Below, piece by piece: positions 16,106 through 25,684 of a stretch of DNA of 42,609 nucleotides. The translations under genes and the position numbers were made by a program. Every line of letters begins with the position of its first letter. The stretch's first letter is position 1. Under the pieces are notes generated by a model. That model saw nothing but the letters and a program-made list of their open reading frames with translations. It was not told the origin of the DNA and did no database searches. The stretch is from NCBI GenBank assembly GCA_964367975.1, contig CAYIYS010000001.1, forward strand, positions 1 to 42,609, given 5' to 3'. The stretch comes from an uncultured Eubacteriales bacterium (GTDB taxonomy: Bacteria; Bacillota_I; Bacilli_A; RFN20; UBA1709).

Positions 16106-18007
16106 ATGACAACACAATTAGGCGCTTACACTGGGAAAGTGTTAAAAGTAGATTTAACAACCCGCGAGGTTAGTGAATATCCTTTTTCCGATGCAGAAAG
16201 AAAATTGTTTTTAGGTGGCAAAATAATGGCTGCAAAAATCATTTATGATAATATCAAACACCCTATTGATCCTTTATCTAGCGAGAATATGATTGTTATT
16301 ACAACCGGGCCAATGAATGCTTTAAATGCTCCTTGTTCCTCGCGCTTTAATGTTTCATCTATTTCTCCCCTAACTGGCTATTATACCTCTTCTAATTGTG
16401 GAGGTAACTTTGGTGTCAGTATGAAAAGAGCAGGCTTAGATGGATTGATTATTACTGGAAAGAGCCAAGACAAAATATACTTAAAGATTACTGTTAATGG
16501 TATTGAATTTAAAGATGCTAGTGAGCTTTGGGGTTTAAAAACGGGCGAGGCCCAAGCCAAGATTATAGAAAAAGGTGGCAAGTTTGTAATTGGACCCGCT
16601 GGCGAAAACTTAGTCAAATATGCCTGTGTAATTAGTGAAGAAAGAGCGGCTGGTAGAGGCGGAGTTGGAGCGGTATTTGGTTCCAAAAACCTCAAAGGGT
16701 TAGTTGCAATTGGTCATAAAGGTCCAGAAGCTGCTAATCTTGAGAAATTAAGAAAAGTAAACGCCGAATGGACAAAACGTTTAATCAGTCACCCAACCAC
16801 TGGTAATCAATTACCAGCTCTTGGGACAGCCGGCTTGGTGACAGCCATGCATGCTAAAAATTTGTTGGCCACCAATAACTATCGGAGTGGGAAATATGAA
16901 GATTTTGATAAAATTTCTGGTGAAACCCTAAGAGATGATTATCTTGTTAGAAATGGTGGTTGTCTAACCTGTCCAATCAGATGTGCTAGAGTAGTCAAGG
17001 TAAATGGTAAAGAAGTTAAAGGCCCAGAAGTAGAAACTATTGGGTTATTTGGCTCAAATATACTTAATAATAATATGGAAGCTATTCTTGATTGGAATAA
17101 TGAAATGGATGAACTCGGAATGGATACCATCTCGTGTGGTAATACTTTAGCCTACGCCATGGAAGCCAATGAAAAAGGCTTATGGAAGAATGATTTAAAA
17201 TTTGGCAAGATTGATAATATATCACAAGTTATAGAAGATATTGCTTATCGGCGTGGAATTGGTGATGAGTTAGCTGAAGGTTCTAAACGTTTGGCTGAGA
17301 AATATGGTGGAACCGATTTTGCCATGAATGCTAAAGGAATGGAACTAGCTGCTTATGAACCGCGTGGAGCTGTCGGTCAAGGTTTAGGTTATGCAGTTTC
17401 CAATAGAGGTGGTTGTCACCTTAACGGAGGCTACTTAGTGGTTATGGAAGGTTTAGGATTATCAGTCGATCCATATACCACCGGCTCTAAACCACAATTA
17501 ACTGCAATGTTTCAAGACTTAATGGAAGCTTGTAGTGCAGGGGGGAACTGTTTATTTACTACTTATGCTTTCTTCCCAATGTTTTTATTGAGCAAACCTA
17601 ATAGTTTAATTACCACAACCGTAAATAAAGTGGCTACTAAAATAGGCTTTCTAATTGATTTGCTACTTAAAGTTCCAACCGCTATCGCTATTCATATGCC
17701 TTTCAATATGTTACCGCATACTAAAGCGATTCAATATGCGACCGGTATGCGTATGACTTTTGGTGAATTTATTCGCATCGGCGAAAGAGGTTATAATTTA
17801 GAAAGATTAATTGATGTTAATCTAGGAGTTTCTGCTAAAGATGATGAGCTGCCAGCTAGGCTGACAACTGAACTTCAAATTGTTACCAATGCCAAGTCTA
17901 AAGTTCCGCTCGAGAAAATGAAACGTAAATATTATAAAACTAGAGGTTGGGACCAAAACGGAATTCCAACTCCTAAGATGATTAAGCGCTTGAAATTAGG
18001 TGATTAA
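16106..18007 (+). CDS. aor: tungsten-dependent aldehyde:ferredoxin oxidoreductase
   Basis: 633 aa. The N-terminal GKVLKVDLTT..., the CLTCPIRC [4Fe-4S] ligand motif and the ...GGCHL.. segments are typical of the AOR family. The flanking W-cofactor and tup genes support the call. Confidence 0.9.
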   Translation: MTTQLGAYTGKVLKVDLTTREVSEYPFSDAERKLFLGGKIMAAKIIYDNIKHPIDPLSSENMIVITTGPMNALNAPCSSRFNVSSISPLTGYYTSSNCGGNFGVSMKRAGLDGLIITGKSQDKIYLKITVNGIEFKDASELWGLKTGEAQAKIIEKGGKFVIGPAGENLVKYACVISEERAAGRGGVGAVFGSKNLKGLVAIGHKGPEAANLEKLRKVNAEWTKRLISHPTTGNQLPALGTAGLVTAMHAKNLLATNNYRSGKYEDFDKISGETLRDDYLVRNGGCLTCPIRCARVVKVNGKEVKGPEVETIGLFGSNILNNNMEAILDWNNEMDELGMDTISCGNTLAYAMEANEKGLWKNDLKFGKIDNISQVIEDIAYRRGIGDELAEGSKRLAEKYGGTDFAMNAKGMELAAYEPRGAVGQGLGYAVSNRGGCHLNGGYLVVMEGLGLSVDPYTTGSKPQLTAMFQDLMEACSAGGNCLFTTYAFFPMFLLSKPNSLITTTVNKVATKIGFLIDLLLKVPTAIAIHMPFNMLPHTKAIQYATGMRMTFGEFIRIGERGYNLERLIDVNLGVSAKDDELPARLTTELQIVTNAKSKVPLEKMKRKYYKTRGWDQNGIPTPKMIKRLKLGD

Positions 18008-18011
18008 GAAA

Positions 18012-18257
18012 ATGGTTACAGTGAAATTATACGGCGCCGCTCGCGTCCAATTCAAAGAGAAACAATTTACGATTGAAGCTGCTTCAGTCGCTGAATTGCT
18101 TGATGTAGTGGCCGCTAGATATGGCGTTAAAAGAAAAGATATGAAGCAGTTTTTGATCTATGTGAATGAGGAAAACATTCACACTTTAAAGATGTATCAA
18201 ACCAAACTAAATGAGGGCGATGAAGTCATGCTACTTTCGCCCGCCTCGGGAGGTTAA
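18012..18257 (+). CDS. moaD: MoaD/ThiS-family sulfur-carrier protein (C-terminal GG)
   Basis: It ends ..LLSPASGG. The ATG at 18012 lies 9 nt after AGGTGA. The GTG at 18000 used by the ORF track would overlap the aor stop. Confidence 0.7.
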   Translation: MVTVKLYGAARVQFKEKQFTIEAASVAELLDVVAARYGVKRKDMKQFLIYVNEENIHTLKMYQTKLNEGDEVMLLSPASGG

Positions 18258-18259
18258 AG

Positions 18260-18880
18260 ATGAGGGATTTTGCCGAACTAAGTAACAAAACTATCCTAGT
18301 GGTCGGAGTGGGCGGACTAGGGGGTTTTGTCGTTGATGAAATAGTTCGCTTGGGCATTGGGGAAATTATCCTAATTGATCAAGATACTTTTTCACAATCT
18401 AATATCAATCGTCAATTGTTAGCCAATGTCACTACGATTGGTAAATCCAAAGTTCAAGAATACGCGAAATGGATTGCCAACCTCTCAGCTTGTCAAGTGA
18501 AAATCCATCAAGAGTTTTTAACAAAAGATAATCTTAACTACCTTGATGGGGTTGATATCGTCATTGATTGTGTCGATAATGTGGCAACTAAGTTATTGTT
18601 AGCCAAGGCTTGTCAACAAAAGAGAATAGTTCTTATTCATGGTGGAATTGAAGGTTTACAAGGTCAAGTAATGATTTGTACTCCTGACAAAGATGCCCTA
18701 GGCAAGATGATGAAAAATAGTCAAGAGACCACTCATAGTACTTGCTCTTATGCAGTAGCTACTATCGCTGCGATGCAAGTCAATTTAGCAATGAAAGTTT
18801 TACAAGGTAATCATGAATTAGATAACAAATTGATTATTGTCGATTTGCAATCTATGGTCATAGAAATAGTTAACATCTAG
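18260..18880 (+). CDS. moeB: ThiF/MoeB/HesA-family E1-like adenylyltransferase
   Basis: VVGVGGLGG nucleotide-binding loop and DCVDN motif. It is short (206 aa) and has no rhodanese domain. Confidence 0.75.
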   Translation: MRDFAELSNKTILVVGVGGLGGFVVDEIVRLGIGEIILIDQDTFSQSNINRQLLANVTTIGKSKVQEYAKWIANLSACQVKIHQEFLTKDNLNYLDGVDIVIDCVDNVATKLLLAKACQQKRIVLIHGGIEGLQGQVMICTPDKDALGKMMKNSQETTHSTCSYAVATIAAMQVNLAMKVLQGNHELDNKLIIVDLQSMVIEIVNI

Positions 18881-18893
18881 GGAGGTACAAAAG

Positions 18894-19385
18894 ATGGAAA
18901 AGTATAGTGTGGCAATCATAACCCTGAGCGATAAAGCAGCGCAAGGGTTGCGAGAAGATTTAGCTAGACCCACAATTGAAAAAGTATTGGAACCTTATCC
19001 ATTTGAGGTGGTTTTTACTAAGATAATCCCTGATGAATTTGATCAAATTGTCTTAGCTTTAGAAGAATGCTGTAATAATCACATCGCTTTGGTATTAACT
19101 ACTGGCGGGACCGGTTTGTCTTTCCGTGATGTCACACCTGAAGCCACCAAAAAAGTAATTGAAAAAGAAGTTCCAGGTGTAGCAGAAGCCATGCGTATTC
19201 ATAGTTATCAATACACTAATAGAGCGATTTTATCTAGAGGTATTTGTGGAATTAAAGATCAAACCTTGATTTTAAATCTTCCTGGTTCACCTAAAGCCTG
19301 CCAAGAAAATTTGACAAGCGTTATTCAACCCTTAGTGCATGGTATTGAAACACTTTTGGGTCAAGGCGGAGAGTGCGGCCGTTAA
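18894..19385 (+). CDS. moaB: MoaB/Mog-type molybdopterin adenylyltransferase
   Basis: LTTGGTGLSFRDVTPEA and LPGSPKA motifs. Confidence 0.8.
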   Translation: MEKYSVAIITLSDKAAQGLREDLARPTIEKVLEPYPFEVVFTKIIPDEFDQIVLALEECCNNHIALVLTTGGTGLSFRDVTPEATKKVIEKEVPGVAEAMRIHSYQYTNRAILSRGICGIKDQTLILNLPGSPKACQENLTSVIQPLVHGIETLLGQGGECGR

Positions 19386-19386
19386 T

Positions 19387-20586
19387 ATGTTAGCAGTATT
19401 ACAGCTTGATGTCGCCCAAGCATTAGTGGAAAAACATATCTCACTTGATAGTGAGGTTGTGTCCTTGCAAGCAGCCAATAGGCGGATCTTAGCTAAAGAT
19501 ATTAGGGGTAATGAAAATATACCTCAATTTAAACGTTCACTTATGGATGGTTATTGTGTTCAGGCTTCTGCAACTTTTGGAGCCAGTCAAACAGTTCCCG
19601 CCATTTTTAAATATGCTGGCGAAATCTTAATGGGGCAAAGTAGTGATAATGAGGTCGCAGTTGATCATTGTCTCTATGTTCCGACCGGCGGAATGGTGCC
19701 TAATGATTGCAATGGAGTGGTCATGATTGAACATTGTAGTCGGGTTGATAACGAAGTTTTTGTCTATCATCCAATCAAACCTAATGAGAATATTGTTCAA
19801 GTCGGTGAAGATTTACAAAAAGATGCAATTATCTTGAAGAGAGGCACTTTCTTAGATGCCGCTAAAATTGGAATTCTAGCTGGTGGTGGCATCTCAAGTG
19901 TTGAAGTAGTTAAGAAGTTTAAATATTCACTTATTTCAACAGGTGATGAAATAGTTCCTATTGATGCTAGTTTGACTCAATGTCAAATTAGAGATGTTAA
20001 TAGTTATGCTTTAGAGGCCAAACTTCAAGATTATGGGATCTTAACCAATCGTTATTTGCTAAAAGATGATTTAGAGTTATTGAAAAAAACAATCAAAACA
20101 GCCTTAAGCGCTAATGATGTGGTCTTGATTAGTGGTGGAAGTTCGGTTGGTGCCAGGGATTACACTTTGCAAGCCATTAAAGATATTGAGGGAGAAGTAT
20201 TGGTTCACGGTCTAGCCCTTAAACCAGGGAAACCAACTATGGTTGCTACCTATGGAGATAAGTTAATTATTGGACTGCCAGGTCATCCAATGGCCGCTTT
20301 GGTTTCTTTGCAATTGATTTTTGTGGATTGTTTCAAGAAATGTTGTGGTTGTGAAGCGAATAGAGGAATATTAGCCAAAGCCAAAATCAATTTTCCGAGT
20401 GCTAGTGGCCGAGCCACTATTATGCCTGTCAAACTTGAAAAAACTGAGAAGGGTTGGTATGCAACACCTTTATTTTATAAATCAGGATTAATCAACATTC
20501 TCGCTCACGCCGATGGAGTAGTTATTATTCCAAGCAAAGCGGAAGGAATTGATAAAGATACAATATTGGAGGTTCAGCCTTTATGA
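19387..20586 (+). CDS. moeA: molybdopterin molybdenum/tungsten transferase MoeA
   Basis: SLMDGYCV, ISGGSSVGARDY and LALKPGKP motifs. The ATG at 19387 lies directly after the moaB stop. The ORF-track start at 19339 overlaps moaB. Confidence 0.85.
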   Translation: MLAVLQLDVAQALVEKHISLDSEVVSLQAANRRILAKDIRGNENIPQFKRSLMDGYCVQASATFGASQTVPAIFKYAGEILMGQSSDNEVAVDHCLYVPTGGMVPNDCNGVVMIEHCSRVDNEVFVYHPIKPNENIVQVGEDLQKDAIILKRGTFLDAAKIGILAGGGISSVEVVKKFKYSLISTGDEIVPIDASLTQCQIRDVNSYALEAKLQDYGILTNRYLLKDDLELLKKTIKTALSANDVVLISGGSSVGARDYTLQAIKDIEGEVLVHGLALKPGKPTMVATYGDKLIIGLPGHPMAALVSLQLIFVDCFKKCCGCEANRGILAKAKINFPSASGRATIMPVKLEKTEKGWYATPLFYKSGLINILAHADGVVIIPSKAEGIDKDTILEVQPL

Positions 20587-22466
20587 GAAAAACATATATT
20601 GAAAATAATGATATCTCTATCTACGATAAGTACTTAGAAGCTCTCGGTGATTTAAAATTAGCTGGCGAAGATATCTTTACTAAAGATAGTTTAGGTAGGA
20701 TTACGAAAACAGCTATTTTGGCGAAACTTTGTGATCCGATGTATAACGCTGCTGCCATGGATGGAATAGCCGTAGTTGCAGAAAGTACCACTGCGGCTAA
20801 CGAGCAACACCCCTTAACTTTAAAAGAGGGTGAAGATTTTGTTTATATCAATACGGGGAACCCAATAGTGGGTAAATTTAATAGTGTGGTTATGATTGAA
20901 GATGTTTTAGTTCTAGAAGAGAATAAGGTTCAAATAATCGCTCCGAGTTACCCTTGGGAGAATGTTAGAGTCAAGGGAGAGAGCATTGTGGCGGGCGAAA
21001 TGATATTGCCATCTTGTCGAAAAATCAGACCCGTCGATGTGGGTGCCATTTTTGCTTCAGCCAATCTTAAAGTCAATGTCTTTAAGCAACCACGAGTTGG
21101 TATTATTCCGACCGGTCAAGAGATGGTTGAAGATGTTTCATTGTTAAGCCAAGGTAAACTGATGGAGAGTAACTCTAAAATGTTTGCAAGTCTAACTCAA
21201 GAATTGGGTGGGATTGCTAATGTTTTTAAAGTGATTCAAGATGATTTTGATTTACTCAAAGATACTTTATTAAAAGCCATTGAGGATAATGATATTGTCC
21301 TGATTAATGCCGGCTCTAGTGCGGGCACCAAAGATTTCACAGTGAAAGTGATTGAAAGTGTTGGTACTGTTTTTGCCCATGGTATTGCTATTAAACCAGG
21401 TAAGCCAACAATTTTAGGTATTGTTAAAGGAAAACCAGTAATTGGAATTCCGGGTTATCCTGTTTCTGCTTATTTAGTCTATGAATTATTTGTTAGGCCG
21501 CTTTTATTAAAAATGCAAGGGCTAAGCGTTACTGCTGATGCTATTGTGGAGGCAACTTTAACTCGTTCAATTGTCTCTTCATTTAAAAGCGCTGAATATA
21601 TTCGGGTTAATGTTGGTTTAGTCAATAATAAATTGGTAGCTACTCCTTTAGAAAGAGGGGCTGCTCAAATTATGTCATTAGTTAAAGCGGATGGGTTATT
21701 GTTTGTTGATCAATTGTGTGAGGGAATCGAGGCGGGCAGTATAGTGAAGATTAAATTAAGAAAACCTTTAGATGATATCAAAAAGAATTTAGTGATTATT
21801 GGTAGCCATGACTTGATGATTGATGTTTTGGGTGATTGTATGCCAATTGCTTCTGCTCATGTTGGTAGTATGGGTGGTATTTTAGCTTTACAAAGAGGCG
21901 AATGCCATTTAGCACCTATTCATTTGCTTGATGAAGCAACTGGAGTTTACAATTTGGCCTATATCAAAAAGTATTTTCCGCACCAAAAGATGGTTTTAAT
22001 CAAGGGTGTAGGCAGAACGCAGGGCATCATGCAAAATAAAGGGGCAAATATTAAAACTATTCAAGAGATATCAAGCCAACATTTGCCTTTTGCTAATCGC
22101 CAAAGAGGTTCTGGCACTAGGGTCTTATTCGATTACTTATTAAAGAAAGAGCATTTGCCAATTGATTCGATCTTTGGTTATGAAAAAGAGTATAACACCC
22201 ACTTAGCAGTTGGGGTGACTATCGAAAATAAAGTGGCTGAATGTGGCTTAGGTATTGGCTCAGTTGCAAATGCCTTAATGTTAGATTTTGTTCCTTTAGC
22301 TAGCGAAGAATATGATTTCTTAACGACTGAAGAGAACTTTAAAGATCCACGCATTCAACAATTTATTAAATTATTACAAAGTGAAAAGATTAAGCAAACT
22401 TTGCTTGATTTTGGAGATTATACACTAGAACATTTAGGAAAGGTTATAAAAATCAATGAAGGATAA
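20583..22466 (+). CDS. moeA: second MoeA fused to a C-terminal periplasmic-binding-protein-like (oxyanion-binding) domain
   Basis: AAMDGIAV, NAGSSAGTKDF and IAIKPGKP motifs, followed by about 220 aa with a PBP-like pattern (IGSHD...QRGSGTR..). ATGA overlap with the previous gene. Confidence 0.8.
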   Translation: MRKTYIENNDISIYDKYLEALGDLKLAGEDIFTKDSLGRITKTAILAKLCDPMYNAAAMDGIAVVAESTTAANEQHPLTLKEGEDFVYINTGNPIVGKFNSVVMIEDVLVLEENKVQIIAPSYPWENVRVKGESIVAGEMILPSCRKIRPVDVGAIFASANLKVNVFKQPRVGIIPTGQEMVEDVSLLSQGKLMESNSKMFASLTQELGGIANVFKVIQDDFDLLKDTLLKAIEDNDIVLINAGSSAGTKDFTVKVIESVGTVFAHGIAIKPGKPTILGIVKGKPVIGIPGYPVSAYLVYELFVRPLLLKMQGLSVTADAIVEATLTRSIVSSFKSAEYIRVNVGLVNNKLVATPLERGAAQIMSLVKADGLLFVDQLCEGIEAGSIVKIKLRKPLDDIKKNLVIIGSHDLMIDVLGDCMPIASAHVGSMGGILALQRGECHLAPIHLLDEATGVYNLAYIKKYFPHQKMVLIKGVGRTQGIMQNKGANIKTIQEISSQHLPFANRQRGSGTRVLFDYLLKKEHLPIDSIFGYEKEYNTHLAVGVTIENKVAECGLGIGSVANALMLDFVPLASEEYDFLTTEENFKDPRIQQFIKLLQSEKIKQTLLDFGDYTLEHLGKVIKINEG

Positions 22467-23382
22467 ATATGCAAGAGAGGTTAACTACCTCCGCCTTTCG
22501 GTAACTGATTTATGCAACTTAAAATGTCGTTATTGTGTTAGTAAAGAAAGTGTGAAAGTTAAACATAATGAGGTATTAAGCATTGAGCAATTGGTCTCAA
22601 TTGTCAAGGCCGCAACCAAGTTGGGTATCAATAAAGTGCGTATCACTGGTGGCGAACCTTTGCTGAAACATGGAATAGTCGAATTAATCAAACAAGTTTC
22701 ACCTCTAGTGAAAGGCAATCTTGGCATGACCACTAATGGGCAACTCTTAGGAAAGTATGCCCAAGAGATGAAAGCGGCTGGACTTAACAGTTTGAATGTC
22801 AGTCTAGATACTTTAGATCCACAATTATATAGTTATCTTTCTTTTGGGGACCTTCAAACTGTCTTAGATGGGTTACAAATAGCTCATAAATTAGGCTATC
22901 AACTCAAAATTAATGCTGTTTTACAAAAAGGGATTAATGATGACAAGTTGGCTGAACTAGTAGAGTATGCTGCTAGTCTTGGTGCTAAACTGCGGTTTAT
23001 CGAATTAATGCCTTTTGAAGATACTAAGGAATACTGCATCGATAAATATGTTAGTGCAGATACGATGATAAAAAAATATCAGTTAAAATATTTATATAGC
23101 GAAGGGACAGCGCAATATTATCTTTATAAGGGTCATGAAGTTGGCTTCATTAGACCAATATCTAACAATTTTTGTGCCGATTGTAATAGAATAAGGGTAA
23201 CCGTATTTGGTGAAGTTCTGCCTTGTCTACATTCCTCTATTACGTATAGTTTAAAACCTTATCTAGCAGATGAAGAGCAACTAATGAAGGCTTTACAAGA
23301 TTTCATTTTATTGAAACCCAAGAGTCATCGCATAGCAGAAGGACAATTACAACAAATCGATATGATAAAGATTGGAGGCTAA
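22456..23382 (+). CDS. moaA: GTP 3',8-cyclase MoaA (radical SAM)
   Basis: CNLKCRYC radical-SAM motif and the C-terminal CADCNRIRVT....C cluster. 11-nt overlap with the upstream gene. Confidence 0.9.
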   Translation: MKDKYAREVNYLRLSVTDLCNLKCRYCVSKESVKVKHNEVLSIEQLVSIVKAATKLGINKVRITGGEPLLKHGIVELIKQVSPLVKGNLGMTTNGQLLGKYAQEMKAAGLNSLNVSLDTLDPQLYSYLSFGDLQTVLDGLQIAHKLGYQLKINAVLQKGINDDKLAELVEYAASLGAKLRFIELMPFEDTKEYCIDKYVSADTMIKKYQLKYLYSEGTAQYYLYKGHEVGFIRPISNNFCADCNRIRVTVFGEVLPCLHSSITYSLKPYLADEEQLMKALQDFILLKPKSHRIAEGQLQQIDMIKIGG

Positions 23383-23385
23383 AGT

Positions 23386-23856
23386 ATGGATAAATTGACC
23401 CATTTCAATGAACAAGGACAAGCTCGAATGGTAGATATTACTAATAAAAAAGCCACATTAAGAGTGGCCACTGCTAGTTGTGAAGTTCATATGAAGAGTG
23501 AAACACTTAAGCAAATTGTAGAAGGTAGCATTACTAAAGGAAACGTTTTGGCAGTAGCCCAAACAGCTGGGATTATGGCGGCCAAAAAAACTTATGAAAT
23601 CATACCGATGTGCCATAACATTCCACTGTCCAGTGCTAATATTGAATTTGAAAATGCTAGTTTTGGTATAATCATCAAGGCCACTATCAAAACCAATTAT
23701 GGAACAGGAGTAGAAATGGAAGCCTTAACTGCTTGCTGTGTCACTGCCTTGACCATCTATGATATGGTTAAAGCTATTGATAAAAAAATAGTGATTCAGG
23801 AGTGTAAGTTATTACATAAATCGGGTGGAAAGAGTGGGGAGTTTTGCAATGAGTAA
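23386..23856 (+). CDS. moaC: cyclic pyranopterin monophosphate synthase MoaC
   Basis: MVDIT.K..T.R.A, IPMCHNIPL and GVEMEAL motifs. Confidence 0.9.
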   Translation: MDKLTHFNEQGQARMVDITNKKATLRVATASCEVHMKSETLKQIVEGSITKGNVLAVAQTAGIMAAKKTYEIIPMCHNIPLSSANIEFENASFGIIIKATIKTNYGTGVEMEALTACCVTALTIYDMVKAIDKKIVIQECKLLHKSGGKSGEFCNE

Positions 23857-24304
23857 AGGCAAAGTAGTGGCTGTTAATATCAGCGAAAAAAAGGGGACTA
23901 GTAAGTACCCTGTAGAATATGTCATCTGTCAAGAAGACTTTGGCATTGTTGGTGATTCGCACGCCGGGCCTGGAATTAGGCAAATTAGTCTGTTAGGAAT
24001 AGAGAGTATCAAGCGGTTTAAAAAAGAGCGAGAGGGTCGAGATGTTAGTGGGTTATGTGAAGGTAAGTTTGCCGAAAATATCACCACATCAGGACTCACG
24101 TTATATGAACTGCCAGTGGGTACAAGATTAAAAATCGGCGACACTATTCATGAAGTTTCTCAAATCGGGAAGAAATGCCACGCTGATCAAGGCTGTGAAG
24201 TTGCTAAAATGTATGGTGTTTGTGTGATGCCAAAAGAAGGGATTTTTACCATCGTTATTAAAGGTGGACGCATTCAAGCTGGCGATGAAATAGAAGTATT
24301 ATAA
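23849..24304 (+). CDS. MOSC domain-containing protein
   Basis: A beta-barrel MOSC pattern (RQISLL..., GENITT.GL, conserved C in GKKCH). The ATG at 23849 overlaps the moaC stop by 8 nt. Confidence 0.7.
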   Translation: MSKGKVVAVNISEKKGTSKYPVEYVICQEDFGIVGDSHAGPGIRQISLLGIESIKRFKKEREGRDVSGLCEGKFAENITTSGLTLYELPVGTRLKIGDTIHEVSQIGKKCHADQGCEVAKMYGVCVMPKEGIFTIVIKGGRIQAGDEIEVL

Positions 24305-24306
24305 AT

Positions 24307-24327
24307 AAAAGGCCAGATGGCCTTTTT
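24307..24327. terminator. bidirectional terminator between the moa operon and tupC
   Basis: AAAAGGCC-AGAT-GGCCTTTTT. Confidence 0.8.
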
Positions 24328-24994
24328 AAATTGCATATAAATCAATAAATTGTTTTAAACTTTCATTTTTTGGATTACCAATTATTTCTTTGACACTGCC
24401 AGATTCTGCAATTTTTCCATCATGCATATAAATGATAATATCTGCCATGCGCATGGCTTGTTTTAAGGAATGGGTAATAAGGATAATTGTTCCTGGAGAA
24501 TCATGATGATATTCTTTAATTAAAGATTCACTTAGGAGAGTAGAACCGACATCCATTGAGGCTGTTGGTTCATCAAGAATTACCACATCTTTAGGAGTTA
24601 GTAAGATGCGTGCTAAAGCCATCTTAGCAGTTTCGCCACCCGACAATTTAGGGGCCGCTTGTTGGCGTAAAGACCAAAGATCTAATTTATTCATTAAGTA
24701 TTGCGCTCTTGTTAAATCCCGTTTCTTATCGGCACTACCCAATAAAACATTGTTAAGTGTTGATAAAGAAAAAGCATAGTTATTTTGGGTCATATAAGCG
24801 ATTGATTTGCTTTCTTGCATGTCAATTTTTCCACCATCTGGGCGGATGATAACACCCAATAGTTTGCCTAAAGTGGATTTGCCACTGCCATTGGCTCCAA
24901 TAATGGCATATATTTTACCCGTCTCAAAAATAAAGTTATCAATATTCAAGACTGTTTTGCCCTTGTATTGTTTGACTAAATTACTTATTTTCAT
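24326..24994 (-). CDS. tupC: tungstate ABC transporter ATP-binding protein
   Basis: Walker A GANGSGKST, signature LSGGE and Walker B ILDEP. It lies in an operon with tupB and tupA. Confidence 0.8.
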   Translation of the reverse strand: MKISNLVKQYKGKTVLNIDNFIFETGKIYAIIGANGSGKSTLGKLLGVIIRPDGGKIDMQESKSIAYMTQNNYAFSLSTLNNVLLGSADKKRDLTRAQYLMNKLDLWSLRQQAAPKLSGGETAKMALARILLTPKDVVILDEPTASMDVGSTLLSESLIKEYHHDSPGTIILITHSLKQAMRMADIIIYMHDGKIAESGSVKEIIGNPKNESLKQFIDLYAI

Positions 24995-25676
24995 AACGCA
25001 ACCTCGCTTGTAAGAAATAAACAGCGATATTGAAGATTAAAGCTAACACCAACAAGACAATTCCAAGTGCCATGGCATAAGAAAAGTCACCCATATTGGT
25101 GTATTGCATAATAGCGGTTGTCATAACGTTGGTTTTCCAAGCAATAGCACCGCCGACCATCGAAACGGCCCCCACCTCTGCGATGGCTCTTGAAAAGCCG
25201 AGGAGGTAAGTGGAGACGATTTGATATTTGCTTTCATTTACGGTTAATAAAAAGGCTTTACTGTTTCCTATTCCTAAACCCTTAGTTGTTTCTTTAATTT
25301 TCGGTGCAATTGAGACAACAAAGGTTTCAGTAGTTGCAACTATAACTGGAGTTATTAGTAGTACTTGGGCAATAATCATGCCGGGAATAGAAAAGAGTAG
25401 ATGCATAAATCCTAAGGGTCCGACTCCCGAAAAAAGCATATAACAAAGTAAACCACACACAACCGGAGGCACTCCGGTCAAGGTCCGATTTAGAATTGTT
25501 AAAATCTTTTTTCCTTTAAAATCATAGTAAGCTAGTAAGATACCTAAAGGTACGCCAATGAGCAATGCAATTAATGAACTTGCAATGCTCATTTTAAGGG
25601 TCGTACCGATAATGTTTCCTAACTCAGAATTACCATACATTATTAAGTCAAAAGCTTTAATAAATGCATCTTTCAT
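24981..25676 (-). CDS. tupB: tungstate ABC transporter permease
   Basis: 231 aa with about 5-6 TM spans and an EAA-like loop (FSRAIAEVGAVSMVGG). 14-nt overlap with tupC. Confidence 0.8.
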   Translation of the reverse strand: MKDAFIKAFDLIMYGNSELGNIIGTTLKMSIASSLIALLIGVPLGILLAYYDFKGKKILTILNRTLTGVPPVVCGLLCYMLFSGVGPLGFMHLLFSIPGMIIAQVLLITPVIVATTETFVVSIAPKIKETTKGLGIGNSKAFLLTVNESKYQIVSTYLLGFSRAIAEVGAVSMVGGAIAWKTNVMTTAIMQYTNMGDFSYAMALGIVLLVLALIFNIAVYFLQARLRYENK

Positions 25677-25684
25677 ATTATTAA

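Noticed and set aside
20584-20586. Possibility of a Mollicutes code 4 (TGA read as Trp), given the AT-rich, mycoplasma-like flavour of the window.
   Set aside because: TGA is used as a genuine stop here, at the end of moeA-1 with an ATGA overlap. All Trp residues I checked are TGG, and the ORFs are intact under code 11.
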